34,571 nucleotides of DNA, from contig JAZDKJ010000007.1 of NCBI GenBank assembly GCA_043803105.1, positions 1-34,571 of the forward strand. The letters are read 5' to 3'. Within the stretch, counting starts at the first letter, position 1. Each line of letters begins with the position of its first letter. A program made the position numbers and the translations under genes. Under the pieces are notes generated by a model, which worked only from the letters and a program-made list of their open reading frames with translations, ran no database searches and was not told where the DNA came from. The DNA comes from Candidatus Woesearchaeota archaeon. Lineage in GTDB: Archaea > Nanobdellota > Nanobdellia > Woesearchaeales > JAZDKJ01. Positions 17,836 to 28,193 of the stretch are shown here, piece by piece.

Positions 17836-19287
17836 CTAGTAACTTTTACCGAAGTAAACCATAAAAGATGCTTCCTTGCCGCAGTAAACGCACTTCTTGC
17901 CCTTGATGCTTGGCTGTTTCAATGGGATGTTAAGCGCCTTTGCACCACCAGCCTTGTCCTTGATCAAATCCTCGCACTCAGAATTATCGCAGTAAGGCGC
18001 AAGGACTATCTTATTATTGTCGACGGCATTCTTTAATTGCTCAAAGTTTGAAGCCTCAACTACGGTGTCGTGCATCAACTTTTTTGCTTTGTCAAAAAGG
18101 CTCTTTTGAATGTCGTCCAAAACCTCCTTGACTGTGTCTTTCAAGTCGGCAATTGGGACTGGCTGCTTCTTGGAAGTGTCTCGCCTGACTAACATTACCT
18201 GCCTCTTCTCGATGTCTTTTGGGCCGATCTCAAGGCGCAAAGGAACTCCCTTGAGCTCCCACTCATTAAATTTCCAGCCGGCAGAATATTCGTCGCGGTC
18301 GTCTAAGATAACGGAGAACTGTTTTAAGGCATCTTTAAGCTCTTTGGCTTTCTTAAGGGTGGCTTCCTTAGTTTTTTCGAAGATAATAGGAACAATGACA
18401 ATCTGGGTTGGGGCAAGCATTGGAGGCAAAACAAGGCCTTTATCATCACTGTGTACTGCAACCATGATGCCTATCATCCGTGTTGTAATGGCAAAAGTGT
18501 TCTGGTAGGCAAACTCCAGATTCTCAGCCTTGTTGATGAATTTGATATCGAAAGCTTTAGCAAAATTCTGGCCATCATGGTGGAAATCAGGTCCTTGAAT
18601 CGCTTTGCCGTTAGGAAGCACATGCTCAAATGAAATTGTGTATTCTGCCCCTGCAAACTTTTCCTTGTCAGTCTTCCTGCCTATGAGAGCGGGCAGGGCC
18701 ATGTAATTCTCGGTCACATCCTTGTAGATGCTGATGATTTCGTCAGCTTCTGCTTCTGCCTCTTGCTTTGAAGCAAAGACCGTATGTCCTTCATTCCAGA
18801 GGAACTCTCTTGTCCTTAAGAAAGGCACAGGGTGCTTGAACTCCCACCTGACGACATTGTTCCACTGGTTGAGCCGCAAGGGCAAGTCACGCCAGCTCCT
18901 GATCCATTTGGAGAAGCTCTCGTACATTATGGTCTCTGAAGTAGGCCTTATCGCCAATCTTTCATTGAGCTTTGTGTCACCTGATTCAGTCACCCAGGCA
19001 ACCTCAGGGCTAAAGCCTTCCATGTGCTCAGATTCCTTTTTCAAGAGCCTTTCAGGGATAAAAAGAGGGAAATAACAATTCCTTATGCCAGATTTGCGGA
19101 AGTCAGAGTCAACCTTTGACTTAATCTTTTCCCAGATATCATAGGAGTCAGGCCGAAAGACAATGCAGCCTGAGACAGAGCTATAATCTGCCAAACCAGA
19201 CTTGATGATGAGCTGCTGATACCACTCAGAGAAATCATCAGACTTCTTTACTGTTATGCCAACTTCAGACTCTTCCTTTTCAGCCAT
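17836..19287 (-). CDS. proS: prolyl-tRNA synthetase, archaeal/eukaryotic type
   Basis: DDFSEWY, AIRPTSET, FLRTREFLWNEGHT, C-terminal zinc domain ending FGKSY. Confidence 0.98.
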   Translation of the reverse strand: MAEKEESEVGITVKKSDDFSEWYQQLIIKSGLADYSSVSGCIVFRPDSYDIWEKIKSKVDSDFRKSGIRNCYFPLFIPERLLKKESEHMEGFSPEVAWVTESGDTKLNERLAIRPTSETIMYESFSKWIRSWRDLPLRLNQWNNVVRWEFKHPVPFLRTREFLWNEGHTVFASKQEAEAEADEIISIYKDVTENYMALPALIGRKTDKEKFAGAEYTISFEHVLPNGKAIQGPDFHHDGQNFAKAFDIKFINKAENLEFAYQNTFAITTRMIGIMVAVHSDDKGLVLPPMLAPTQIVIVPIIFEKTKEATLKKAKELKDALKQFSVILDDRDEYSAGWKFNEWELKGVPLRLEIGPKDIEKRQVMLVRRDTSKKQPVPIADLKDTVKEVLDDIQKSLFDKAKKLMHDTVVEASNFEQLKNAVDNNKIVLAPYCDNSECEDLIKDKAGGAKALNIPLKQPSIKGKKCVYCGKEASFMVYFGKSY

Positions 19288-19390
19288 GCAAAGCCTTAAT
19301 TGTGTGCTTTATAAAAATGTTTTGACTGGCACAACCAATAATGTTTTTAAGTAATACGAGATTCGCATTGTCAAGGAAATTGGAATCAAA

Positions 19391-19708
19391 ATGAAAGAGC
19401 AACTACAACCAATTGATTTGTCAACCGCAACTATAGATCCCGAACTTGTTAAGGAGCTGGAAAATATAGTATTTGGAGATTTTTGCGCCCGTCGTCATGT
19501 GGCAGACTACTTTGGCATGGTTCCTATTAGGTATGTAAACGATAAAGCAATAGAGGTTGCCCTGAGCTATGAACCTACAAAAAGGCAAGCAGATAATATT
19601 ACTAAAGTCCTGAGCAATCTTACAGGCAGGGAGAAAATCATCTTTAGGATTGCCTCTCAAGAGCAAATAGACCAGGCAATTAGCAAATACTACTCTCTTC
19701 TTTTGTGA
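19391..19708 (+). CDS. stand-alone GspE/PilB N-terminal (T2SSE_N-like) domain protein
   Basis: VADYFGMVPIRYVNDKAIEVALSYEP...LSNLTGREKIIFRIASQEQIDQAISKYY matches the typical pattern of this domain. Confidence 0.7.
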   Translation: MKEQLQPIDLSTATIDPELVKELENIVFGDFCARRHVADYFGMVPIRYVNDKAIEVALSYEPTKRQADNITKVLSNLTGREKIIFRIASQEQIDQAISKYYSLLL

Positions 19709-19729
19709 ACCAAAAATAAAGAGAAAAAA

Positions 19730-20260
19730 TTATCTCTTGTTCCCGAAATAAAAGAACTTATCCAAAGCAACATCATCAGACTTATACGAGCCTGACCTTG
19801 GATGATCAACAAGGGCTGGCCTCGGCTGCTCCATTGGCGAGGTGAATCCCCTAGGATGCTGCACAACCTCTGGCTGAGGCATAGGTATGACTGTGTCCTT
19901 TGTGCTGTCAATCTCCTCAGGCTTGATGTGCTTTGGCGCCTGCTGCTTTATTCCCTCAACAGCCTGCCAGAGCTGCTTTAACTCAGACTTCAAGCTCTCA
20001 TGGCTTTCTGATACCCTTTTGAGCTCGTTGTTCAACCCTTCAGAGGCATTAGCCAGGTGGTGGCGGATGCGCTCATCAATAAGCTGGCGCACCCGATCAC
20101 CCTCCTTAGCTAAAACTACTGATGCGGTTGTTTCGGGAAGGCCTTCCTCATACACATTGCCTGCCATCGCTACAGCATCGTCAAAACTGGAGGCTGCACC
20201 TGTCCTCGTCAACTCCTTAATCATGAAGTTGAGCTTCTTGGTCTGTTCTATATCAATCAT
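19730..20260 (-). CDS. hypothetical coiled-coil protein directly downstream of ftsZ
   Basis: Starts 10 nt after the ftsZ stop. Coiled coil, Pro-rich linker and an aromatic C-terminal tail DVALDKFFYFGNKR. Confidence 0.75.
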   Translation of the reverse strand: MIDIEQTKKLNFMIKELTRTGAASSFDDAVAMAGNVYEEGLPETTASVVLAKEGDRVRQLIDERIRHHLANASEGLNNELKRVSESHESLKSELKQLWQAVEGIKQQAPKHIKPEEIDSTKDTVIPMPQPEVVQHPRGFTSPMEQPRPALVDHPRSGSYKSDDVALDKFFYFGNKR

Positions 20261-20270
20261 CTTGGAGCAC

Positions 20271-21302
20271 CTAAACTGTTCGAATGCCCAATTCGCTGTG
20301 GAAACTCTTGGCCTTCTGAAAGCTCTCTTTGCTTGAAGGCTTGCCCAAAATCCACGGTGACTTCACTCCTGTGATGATGGTCATGACGCAAAGTTTGCCC
20401 TTCATCGCGTCATTGACACGTGCGCCCCAGATTACATTAGCATCCTCGTCAAGGTTCTTTGTCACTGCATTTCCTATGTCCTCAACCTCATCAAGGGTCA
20501 TGTCAGGCCCGCCTTCAATGTGAATCAAGGCGCCTGTAGCACCTACATAGTTGATGTCGAGCAGCGGGTTTGATAGCGCACCCCTCACAGCCTCCTCAGC
20601 CCTATTAGTTGTGTCTGAGAAGCCTACTCCAATGGCAGCTACTCCGCCTTCGCTCATTATCGCTTTCACGTCAGCAAAGTCGAGATTTACCAGGCTTGGG
20701 ACTGCAATAGTCTCGACAATACCCCTAATCATTGTTGAAATAAGTTCGTTCGCAACAGCAAAAGCCTGCTGAACTGGCAGATTTCCTGCAATGTTGACAA
20801 GCCTGTTGTTGTCTATCACTATAACGGTGTCTGCAACCTGCCTTAACTGCTGAAGCCCAAACTCTGCCTTGTCTATCCTTGCCCTTTCAATATTGAAAGG
20901 CATAGTAACTGTTCCTATAACAATAGAGCCTGATTCCTTGGCAATCTTTGCAATAACTGGTGCGGCTCCTGTTCCAGTGCCACCGCCCATTCCTGCGCAG
21001 ACAAAGGTCATGTCGCAATTCTTCAGAAGCTCCCTTATCTCGTTAAGGTTCTCTTGAGCTGCTGCAGCTCCCTTGTCTGGGAAACCACCGCATCCGAGGC
21101 CTCTTGTTACATTTTTTCCTATCAAAAACTTGTAATCTGCATTAGTGATCTCCAGGTGCTGCTTGTCGGTATTGCACGCCAAAATCTTTGCTCCCTGCAC
21201 TCCTTTCCTGTAGAGCCATGAAACCATATTGCATCCAGCGCCACCGCAGCCGATAACTTCGATATTTGCTGTTCCGACCTGGAGTTCGAATCCTTCTACC
21301 AT
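20271..21302 (-). CDS. ftsZ: cell division protein FtsZ (FtsZ2-like)
   Basis: GGGTGTGAAP tubulin motif; PFNIERARI and PSLVNLDFAD resemble the FtsZ2 clade. GAGGTG SD precedes ATG 21302. Confidence 0.97.
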   Translation of the reverse strand: MVEGFELQVGTANIEVIGCGGAGCNMVSWLYRKGVQGAKILACNTDKQHLEITNADYKFLIGKNVTRGLGCGGFPDKGAAAAQENLNEIRELLKNCDMTFVCAGMGGGTGTGAAPVIAKIAKESGSIVIGTVTMPFNIERARIDKAEFGLQQLRQVADTVIVIDNNRLVNIAGNLPVQQAFAVANELISTMIRGIVETIAVPSLVNLDFADVKAIMSEGGVAAIGVGFSDTTNRAEEAVRGALSNPLLDINYVGATGALIHIEGGPDMTLDEVEDIGNAVTKNLDEDANVIWGARVNDAMKGKLCVMTIITGVKSPWILGKPSSKESFQKAKSFHSELGIRTV

Positions 21303-21511
21303 CGTTTTCACCTCAAATTTTGTTTTTTGTGCTTATAAGCTGTATATAAATAACACAAAGTGTGCCTTTCATTAAGGCTACTAATATATAAATGTTACGT
21401 TTTTATACATGAATATAGCTTTTTGTATATTAGGATATGATTGATTGATATAGTTGCTTCACAGGCATTGAATGTGGCAAGGCTTAAAAGCTCCAATATC
21501 AACACTAATTC

Positions 21512-21919
21512 ATGCTCAAAAAGGCAGTACTTACAACGATGGTCACAATCCTCACAACAGTATATCCTATCCACTCTCAAATCAAGGAAAGAAATATCGC
21601 TCCAGTGCCTATCGTTGACGAAATAAACACAAAAGGCTGGGCAATCCCTGACTACAAGGGCTGCATCGACAAAGGAATAGATTATATAGACACAAACAAG
21701 GATGGGCTCACAGAAGTGTTCGTCTTCAAATGCCTAAAAGAAGATCGGATGATATTGTTCTACAACGGAATAAATGCAGTGTTCGGATGGACAGAACTTA
21801 GAGATGGCAAGAGGCAACAGACGACAATAAGCCCTAACTGCGACGGCAAATACACTCACAGATTCTTCACAGGCACATTGCCTTATGCACCGGATTGTGC
21901 GACAAAAGGAAGGGAATGA
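21512..21919 (+). CDS. secreted hypothetical protein with a DxNxDG motif
   Basis: Signal-like N-terminus, DTNKDG, four Cys. Confidence 0.6.
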   Translation: MLKKAVLTTMVTILTTVYPIHSQIKERNIAPVPIVDEINTKGWAIPDYKGCIDKGIDYIDTNKDGLTEVFVFKCLKEDRMILFYNGINAVFGWTELRDGKRQQTTISPNCDGKYTHRFFTGTLPYAPDCATKGRE

Positions 21920-22032
21920 TATTCTTCTTGCGAACCAGATACATTATTTGATTATGGATTTACGCTGCGGCCAGAGAATCCTGCAGAATCACGTAGGAAA
22001 ACTTATAAAGAAGCAGACCAAAATCAATCCAC

Positions 22033-22206
22033 ATGAACAAGCGAACAGGAAATATATTGGCTGTTGCAGGAGTCATAAGCACAGTCCTTGGAATCGTCAT
22101 TGCAATTCCGGCTTTTCTCCAGGAAAAATTTGTTGTGGCAACAGGCTCTTTTATATTGATTGTCGGAGGTCTAGTGCTTTTGGCAATAGCGTTTGGGGAT
22201 GAATAA
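22033..22206 (+). CDS. 57-aa two-TM membrane protein
   Basis: Manual translation MNKRTGNILAVAGVISTVLGIVIAIPAFLQEKFVVATGSFILIVGGLVLLAIAFGDE*. TTATAAA lies about 25 nt upstream. Confidence 0.7.
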   Translation: MNKRTGNILAVAGVISTVLGIVIAIPAFLQEKFVVATGSFILIVGGLVLLAIAFGDE

Positions 22207-22208
22207 TT

Positions 22209-22487
22209 GTGAACCAGTTGTCTGACAGAGTTAAGAAAAATCTGCTGGACTTGCATTACAACAAATATCTGCAGTTCTACACTACGTCAATAATAATTTT
22301 GTTTACCTATGCCATCGGCGTGGGAATAGCATTCATAACAAAACAGGTTAACTACCAAAACTTAAGCCAAATTCTCTTGGTGGGCTCTATCTCGGTAGTG
22401 GTTATCTCAACAATAGTCCTGTTGATGAAAAAACAAAAGGTGCATATGGCCAATATTCTGCGAGAAATTCGAGAACTTAGATTGTAG
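22209..22487 (+). CDS. small two-TM membrane protein
   Basis: Starts 2 nt after the previous stop; two hydrophobic helices. Confidence 0.7.
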   Translation: MNQLSDRVKKNLLDLHYNKYLQFYTTSIIILFTYAIGVGIAFITKQVNYQNLSQILLVGSISVVVISTIVLLMKKQKVHMANILREIRELRL

Positions 22488-22577
22488 GACTTGTGGGTTT
22501 GATGCCAACATGCTTTGTGTAGAAAGTCCTGAATAACCTTGGCTTTTTACACAGATATAATATCGGTAACCACCTCA

Positions 22578-22928
22578 TTAATGTTTCCACCTCAACAGTA
22601 TGAGGACTATACCTAAAATAAAAACTCCTAAACCAAAGAAGCCACCAATATCACCATTGAGAAAAGGAATTGGTGAATATCCGAATATAGTAGTCATTGC
22701 TACTGCAATTATACATACCCATACTCCGTTTCTTCTTGATAACAATTTAGATGAATGTTTCATATAACTTCCACAGGCTATTACAATAACTAAGCCAAGA
22801 ACAAAAATCATCACGCCAAGAATATCAATGTCAATATCCCATAATGTTAAAGTCAAGAAATTAAGTAAGAATACCGCAATTCCTATAACACATAACCAGA
22901 TTCCGTTATTTCTTGTAAGCATATTCAT
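22578..22928 (-). CDS. four-TM membrane protein with an internal duplication
   Basis: LTRNNGIWLCVIGIAV and LSRRNGVWVCIIAVAM halves. Confidence 0.7.
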   Translation of the reverse strand: MNMLTRNNGIWLCVIGIAVFLLNFLTLTLWDIDIDILGVMIFVLGLVIVIACGSYMKHSSKLLSRRNGVWVCIIAVAMTTIFGYSPIPFLNGDIGGFFGLGVFILGIVLILLRWKH

Positions 22929-23039
22929 ATTTTAACCTGCCTGTAATTGTATTTGTTGCTGGATTATTTAAACATTTGGTGTCCAATTATAGGACTTTTT
23001 ACGCAAGAGTCACGTAATACACAAAGCCATGCCAACAGT

Positions 23040-23150
23040 AATCTTTATAAACCCCCTATAAACTCTTGAGCATACCAGTGACTGATGACGGCTGAAGAGG
23101 CCGGAAAGAGGTATAATTTCTGAATTTACCTCTTAATCCTCACGGAGGTT
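23040..23150 (+). promoter_or_regulatory. rpl7ae promoter and 5' UTR with a box C/D K-turn/K-loop motif
   Basis: TTTATAAA at 23044-23051; TGATGA (23083-23088) followed by CTGA (23092-23095); AAGAGGTA/TACCTCTT hairpin before the GGAGG SD. Confidence 0.6.
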
Positions 23151-23156
23151 ATGAAA

Positions 23157-23492
23157 ATGGCAGATGAATTAATTGAAAAAGTGTATGAAGCCATCGAGCT
23201 AGCAAAATCAACAGGAAAACTGAAGGTCGGAACCAACGAAGTGACCAAGATGATAGAAAGGGGCACAGCCAAGTTTGTGGCTATAGCCAAGGACGTCAGC
23301 CCTCCAGAGATAACAATGCACATACCTCTTCTATGCAACGAGAAAGACATACCGTGTGCAACAGTAACAAGCAAGGAAGAGCTTGGTTCAGCAGCAGGTT
23401 TAACTGTACCTACAGCAAGCGTGGCGATCATACAAGAAGGAGAAGCAAAGAATCTCATCAAAGAGCTTAAGGACAAACTCAAGGCAAAATGA
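23157..23492 (+). CDS. rpl7ae: 50S ribosomal protein L7Ae
   Basis: [37 protein letters not shown] 23151 is an alternative start. Confidence 0.97.
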   Translation: MADELIEKVYEAIELAKSTGKLKVGTNEVTKMIERGTAKFVAIAKDVSPPEITMHIPLLCNEKDIPCATVTSKEELGSAAGLTVPTASVAIIQEGEAKNLIKELKDKLKAK

Positions 23493-23896
23493 AACCGGAC
23501 CAAACAGAGGCCAAGGCGCCTGAGGCAAAAACCCAGAAGGCAAAGCCCGCAGAGGGAAAACACACAAAGCCTGAACAAGCCAAAACTGACCAACCAAAAC
23601 AAGAGCAAAGACGAGAGGCACCAAAGCAACCAACAGAAGAGGTCAAGAGAGGACCTCAAGTGACTTTCTCGATGGCGACTCCGGCAAGGGTTGAAGAGAT
23701 CATAGGAAGGACGGGAATGAGGGGAGAGGCAGTTCAGGTAAGGGTAAAAATACTTGATGGAAGGGACGCCAACAAGATCATAAGGAGAAATGTCAAAGGC
23801 CCAGTACAAGTGGGAGACATACTCATGCTAAGGGAAACAGAGTTTGAAGCAAGACAACTTTCACGCGGAGGCCGAGGCGGACTAGCCTACGGATAA
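23489..23896 (+). CDS. rps28e: 30S ribosomal protein S28e with an N-terminal extension
   Basis: [25 protein letters not shown]...[23 protein letters not shown]. Confidence 0.95.
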   Translation: MKPDQTEAKAPEAKTQKAKPAEGKHTKPEQAKTDQPKQEQRREAPKQPTEEVKRGPQVTFSMATPARVEEIIGRTGMRGEAVQVRVKILDGRDANKIIRRNVKGPVQVGDILMLRETEFEARQLSRGGRGGLAYG

Positions 23897-23899
23897 AAA

Positions 23900-24079
23900 A
23901 TGGCAAAATGCAGTTTTTGCGGAGAAACACTCAAGCCTGGAACAGGCAAGATGTATGTAAAGAAAGACGGAAAGATTTTGTATTTTGATTCGAACAAATG
24001 CGAGAAGAACATGATAAAGCTTGGGAGAAACCCGAGAAAATTCAAATGGACCAAGAACTACCAGAAAGGTGGAAAATGA
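23900..24079 (+). CDS. rpl24e: 50S ribosomal protein L24e
   Basis: Not in the track (59 aa): [51 protein letters not shown]. Confidence 0.96.
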   Translation: MAKCSFCGETLKPGTGKMYVKKDGKILYFDSNKCEKNMIKLGRNPRKFKWTKNYQKGGK

Positions 24080-24648
24080 AAGATTTGCTGGAAAAAACAT
24101 TCGTTGCTGTGAAGCACGACGGAGTACAGCGAGGACTAGTTGGAGAAGTGATAAAGAGGTTCGAGCAAAGAGGCTTAAGGCTTGCTGCAATAAAGATGGT
24201 GCACCCTGACAATGAGATGGCAAAAAAGCACTATCCGATGACTGAGGAATGGATAAAGAACACAGCCGCAACAACGAGAAAAGCCTGGGAGGCAAAGGGC
24301 ATCAAGATGAAAGAGACAGACCAGGAGATATGCAAGCGCATCAACTCATGGCTGTTGAAGTATCTCACTGAAGGCCCAATGGTGGCGATGGTCTGGGAAG
24401 GAATCCATGCAATAGAGATGGGAAGAAAGATCGTCGGCACTGCAGGACCAAAGAATGCTGCTCCAGGAACAATAAGAGGGGACTATAGTATTGACAGCTA
24501 TGAATTAGCAGACCAAAAGCAAAGGGCACTAAGGAACATAGTCCACGCATCAGGAAACAAAGAAGAGGCTGCAAACGAAGTAAACCTCTGGTTCAAAAAG
24601 GACGAAATGCTTGACTATTATAGAAAAGATTGGGACATAATGCATTAA
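24076..24648 (+). CDS. ndk: nucleoside diphosphate kinase
   Basis: [43 protein letters not shown] overlap with rpl24e. Confidence 0.96.
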   Translation: MKDLLEKTFVAVKHDGVQRGLVGEVIKRFEQRGLRLAAIKMVHPDNEMAKKHYPMTEEWIKNTAATTRKAWEAKGIKMKETDQEICKRINSWLLKYLTEGPMVAMVWEGIHAIEMGRKIVGTAGPKNAAPGTIRGDYSIDSYELADQKQRALRNIVHASGNKEEAANEVNLWFKKDEMLDYYRKDWDIMH

Positions 24649-24657
24649 GGTGAAACT

Positions 24658-26829
24658 ATGGCAGAGAAGATGTCTGAAAAAGTGAAGAGGATCATGAGCA
24701 ATCCTGCACAGATAAGAAATATTGCTACATCAGCGCACATCGACCACGGAAAAACAACCTTCACTGACAACCTGCTTGCGGGAGCGGGAATGATGTCTGA
24801 AGAGCTTGCTGGAAAGCAGCTAGTCATGGACTTTCACGAAGATGAAAAGTCAAGAGGCATCACAATAGACACAGGAGCGGTGTCAATGGTGCACGTCTAC
24901 GGGGGAAAGGAGTACCTCATCAACCTGCTTGACACTCCAGGACACGTAGATTTTGGCGGAGAAGTCACAAGGGCAATGAGAGCAGTTGACGGAACCATAG
25001 TCCTTATCGACGCAGTGGAAGGGATAATGCCGCAAACAGAGACAGTATTAAGGCAGTCATTGAGGGAAAAGGTAAAGCCAGTCCTGTTCATAAACAAGGT
25101 TGACAGGCTGATCAAAGAATTGCAGCTCACCCCGGAGAAGATGCAAGAGAGATTCGTAAAGATAATCACAAACGTCAATGAACTAATAAGAGAGATTGCA
25201 CCACAAGAAATGAAAGAGAAATGGCAGGTAAACGTACAGGATGGAAGCGTCGCATTCGGGTCAGCGTTCCACAACTGGGCGCTATCAGTACCATATATGA
25301 AGCAGAAAAACATCACATTCAAGGAAATAATCGACGCATACCTCGGAGGGGATTACAAGCCGTTGGCAAAAAAAGCACCATTGCACGAGATTGTGCTTGA
25401 CATGGTGGTAAAGCAATTGCCAAACCCGGCAGACGCGCAAAAATACCGGATTCCGAAAATCTGGCACGGAGACCTTGAATCAGTTGAGGGCAAATCACTG
25501 ATAAATTGCGACCCTAAAGGGCCTTTATTTTTTGTCATCACAAAGATAGTAGTTGACCCGCAGGCAGGAGAGATTTCTGCGGGAAGGATATTCTCAGGAA
25601 CTGTGAAGAAAAGCCAGGATGTCTACCTAAACAGGCAGAAGCAATACTCGAAGATACAGCAGGTCTATATCTACAATGGGCCGAAAAAGGAGATTGTGGA
25701 TGAGGTACCTTGCGGAAATATCATAGGCATCGCAGGGGTAAAGTCTTTTGCAGGCGAAACAGTCACTGAAAATCCAACAGAACCATTTGAGAAGATACAG
25801 CACATATTCGAGCCAGTAATCACAAAAGCGATTGAGGCAAAAAGGCCAAGCGACCTGCCAAAATTAATCGAGGTGCTAAGACAAGTCGGCAAGGAAGACC
25901 CAACAGTACAGATAGAGATCAATGAAGAGACCGGAGAGCACCTTTTGCATGGCATGGGAGAGCTTCACCTCGAAATAATTGAGAACAGGATAAAGACCGA
26001 AAAACATGTTGAAGTCCAAACCTCAGAGCCAATCGTGGTTTACAGAGAAGCAATACAAAAACTCTCCCAAGAGGTAGAGGGAAAAAGCCCGAACAAACAC
26101 AACAAATTCTATTTTATCACTGAGCCGTTAGAAGACAACGTGCATGCAGCGATAAAGAATGGCGACATACCAGAGATGAGAATAAAGAAGAAAGACCAGG
26201 CACTTGTTGACAAATTTGTTGACTTAGGCTACGATTCAAAAATAGCATCCAAACTAAAAGACATATACCACGGAAATATACTCATTGACGGAACAAGGGG
26301 GCAGGTCCACATAGGGGAAGTAATAGAATTGATATTGGACATGTTCGAAGATGTTATGAGGAAAGGTCCGCTGGCAAGAGAGCCCTGCCTAAAGGTCAAG
26401 GTCACTTTAACAGATTGCAAACTGCACGAAGACGCAATCCACAGAGGCCCAGCGCAGGTCTATCCTGCAGTAAGGGAAGGAATGAGGGGTGCGATGATGA
26501 CAGCAAAGCCAGTACTCTTCGAGCCACTGCAATTACTGCACATAGAAGCACCGGTAGAATACATGGGAGAGTTAAGTAAGCTTGTAGGAAACAAGAGGGG
26601 ACAATTGCTTGAGATGAACCAGGAAGGAAGCCTGGTAATCATAAAGGCAAAGCTGCCGGTAGCAGAAATGATAGGATGGAGCTCAAACCTACGGAGCGCC
26701 ACAGGCGGCAGAGGATCAAGCTCGCTAATAGACCAGAGTTTCGAGAAGCTCCCAGATGAACTGCAGGCTAAAGTGCGGGCACAAATCGTGTCCAGAAAGG
26801 GCTTGAGCGAGGCGCAATTGGGTGCGTAG
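24658..26829 (+). CDS. fusA: translation elongation factor aEF-2
   Basis: AHIDHGKTT, RGITI, DTPGHVDF, NKVD and the diphthamide motif HEDAIHRG. Confidence 0.98.
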   Translation: MAEKMSEKVKRIMSNPAQIRNIATSAHIDHGKTTFTDNLLAGAGMMSEELAGKQLVMDFHEDEKSRGITIDTGAVSMVHVYGGKEYLINLLDTPGHVDFGGEVTRAMRAVDGTIVLIDAVEGIMPQTETVLRQSLREKVKPVLFINKVDRLIKELQLTPEKMQERFVKIITNVNELIREIAPQEMKEKWQVNVQDGSVAFGSAFHNWALSVPYMKQKNITFKEIIDAYLGGDYKPLAKKAPLHEIVLDMVVKQLPNPADAQKYRIPKIWHGDLESVEGKSLINCDPKGPLFFVITKIVVDPQAGEISAGRIFSGTVKKSQDVYLNRQKQYSKIQQVYIYNGPKKEIVDEVPCGNIIGIAGVKSFAGETVTENPTEPFEKIQHIFEPVITKAIEAKRPSDLPKLIEVLRQVGKEDPTVQIEINEETGEHLLHGMGELHLEIIENRIKTEKHVEVQTSEPIVVYREAIQKLSQEVEGKSPNKHNKFYFITEPLEDNVHAAIKNGDIPEMRIKKKDQALVDKFVDLGYDSKIASKLKDIYHGNILIDGTRGQVHIGEVIELILDMFEDVMRKGPLAREPCLKVKVTLTDCKLHEDAIHRGPAQVYPAVREGMRGAMMTAKPVLFEPLQLLHIEAPVEYMGELSKLVGNKRGQLLEMNQEGSLVIIKAKLPVAEMIGWSSNLRSATGGRGSSSLIDQSFEKLPDELQAKVRAQIVSRKGLSEAQLGA

Positions 26830-26912
26830 GCGTTATCGATAACTTTATAAACAAATGCGGTATCCCAAACATCGTTTCGCGTTACTAAAAACGAGCAAAA
26901 CTGGAGGTCAAA

Positions 26913-28193
26913 ATGGGAAAGGATAAAACTCACATCAACCTCGTGTTCATCGGACACGTAGATCACGGGAAGTCCACGACAGTTGGAAGGCTGCTATACG
27001 ACACTAAAAATGTGGACGAGCAGACAATGAAAAAGCTCAAGGAGAAAGCACAAGAGCTCGGAAAGGCAGGATTTGAATTCGCCTTTGTCATGGACAACCT
27101 GAAGGAAGAGCGAGAGAGAGGAGTCACAATAGACCTTGCGCACAAGAGATTTGACACACCAAAATACTATTTCACAATAATTGACGCACCAGGCCACAAG
27201 GACTTTATCAAGAACATGATAACGGGTGCGTCACAAGCAGACGCTGGTGTGCTTGTAGTTGCAGCAAACGACGGCGTAATGGCACAGACAAGGGAACACG
27301 TATTCCTTGCAAAAACACTCGGGGTTGACCAGCTCATAATCGCAGTCAACAAGATGGACATGAAGAACTATGACCAGAAAGTGTTCGAGCAGGTCAAGGC
27401 AGATGTCTCTGCACTACTCAAGACCGTCAATTACAAACCAGAGAACATACCCTTCATTCCAATTGCATCGCTTCACGGCGAGAATGTTGCAACAAAGAGC
27501 ACAAAGATGCCCTGGTATACTGGACATACCCTGCTTGAGACATTGGACACACTAAAAGAACCTGAAAAGCCAACACAGCTTCCTTTGAGGCTTCCGCTCC
27601 AGGATGTGTATAACATCACAGGAATTGGCGTGGTACCAGTAGGAAGAGTAGAGACAGGAGTGCTAAAGGTTGGAGACAAGGTCGTTATAATGCCTGGCAG
27701 GGAAGGGAAGGGAGTGCATGGGGAAGTAAAGACCATAGAGATGCACCACGAACAGATGACAAAGGCAGAGCCAGGAGACAACATTGGCTTCAACGTAAGG
27801 GGAGTGGGCAAGAAGGACATAGCGCGAGGAGACGTGCTTGGCCATGAGGACACGCCACCCCAGGTTGCAGTCGAATTCATCGCAAACATTATAGTATTGA
27901 ACCATCCAACAGTTATCACCGTAGGCTATACGCCAGTGTTCCACATACACACAGCACAGGTAGCCTGCCAGATAACTGCAATACAAAAGAAACTAAATCC
28001 AACAACTGGAGAAGTGCTGCAGGAAAACCCAGACTTTATCAAGAATGGCGATGCGGCCATCGTGAAAGTAAAACCGATGCACCCACTCTGCATTGAAAGG
28101 CAGAAAGACATTCCACAGATGTCACGGTTTGCTGTAAGGGATTCAGGAGCAACCGTAGCAGCGGGAATGTGCATTGAAATAGTCGGCAGGTAA
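26913..28193 (+). CDS. tuf: translation elongation factor aEF-1 alpha
   Basis: [30 protein letters not shown]. Confidence 0.98.
   Translation: MGKDKTHINLVFIGHVDHGKSTTVGRLLYDTKNVDEQTMKKLKEKAQELGKAGFEFAFVMDNLKEERERGVTIDLAHKRFDTPKYYFTIIDAPGHKDFIKNMITGASQADAGVLVVAANDGVMAQTREHVFLAKTLGVDQLIIAVNKMDMKNYDQKVFEQVKADVSALLKTVNYKPENIPFIPIASLHGENVATKSTKMPWYTGHTLLETLDTLKEPEKPTQLPLRLPLQDVYNITGIGVVPVGRVETGVLKVGDKVVIMPGREGKGVHGEVKTIEMHHEQMTKAEPGDNIGFNVRGVGKKDIARGDVLGHEDTPPQVAVEFIANIIVLNHPTVITVGYTPVFHIHTAQVACQITAIQKKLNPTTGEVLQENPDFIKNGDAAIVKVKPMHPLCIERQKDIPQMSRFAVRDSGATVAAGMCIEIVGR

Noticed and set aside
23900-24079. L24e third zinc ligand changed from Cys to Asp (YFDSNKC)
   Set aside because: Loss of zinc ligands is common in this family.
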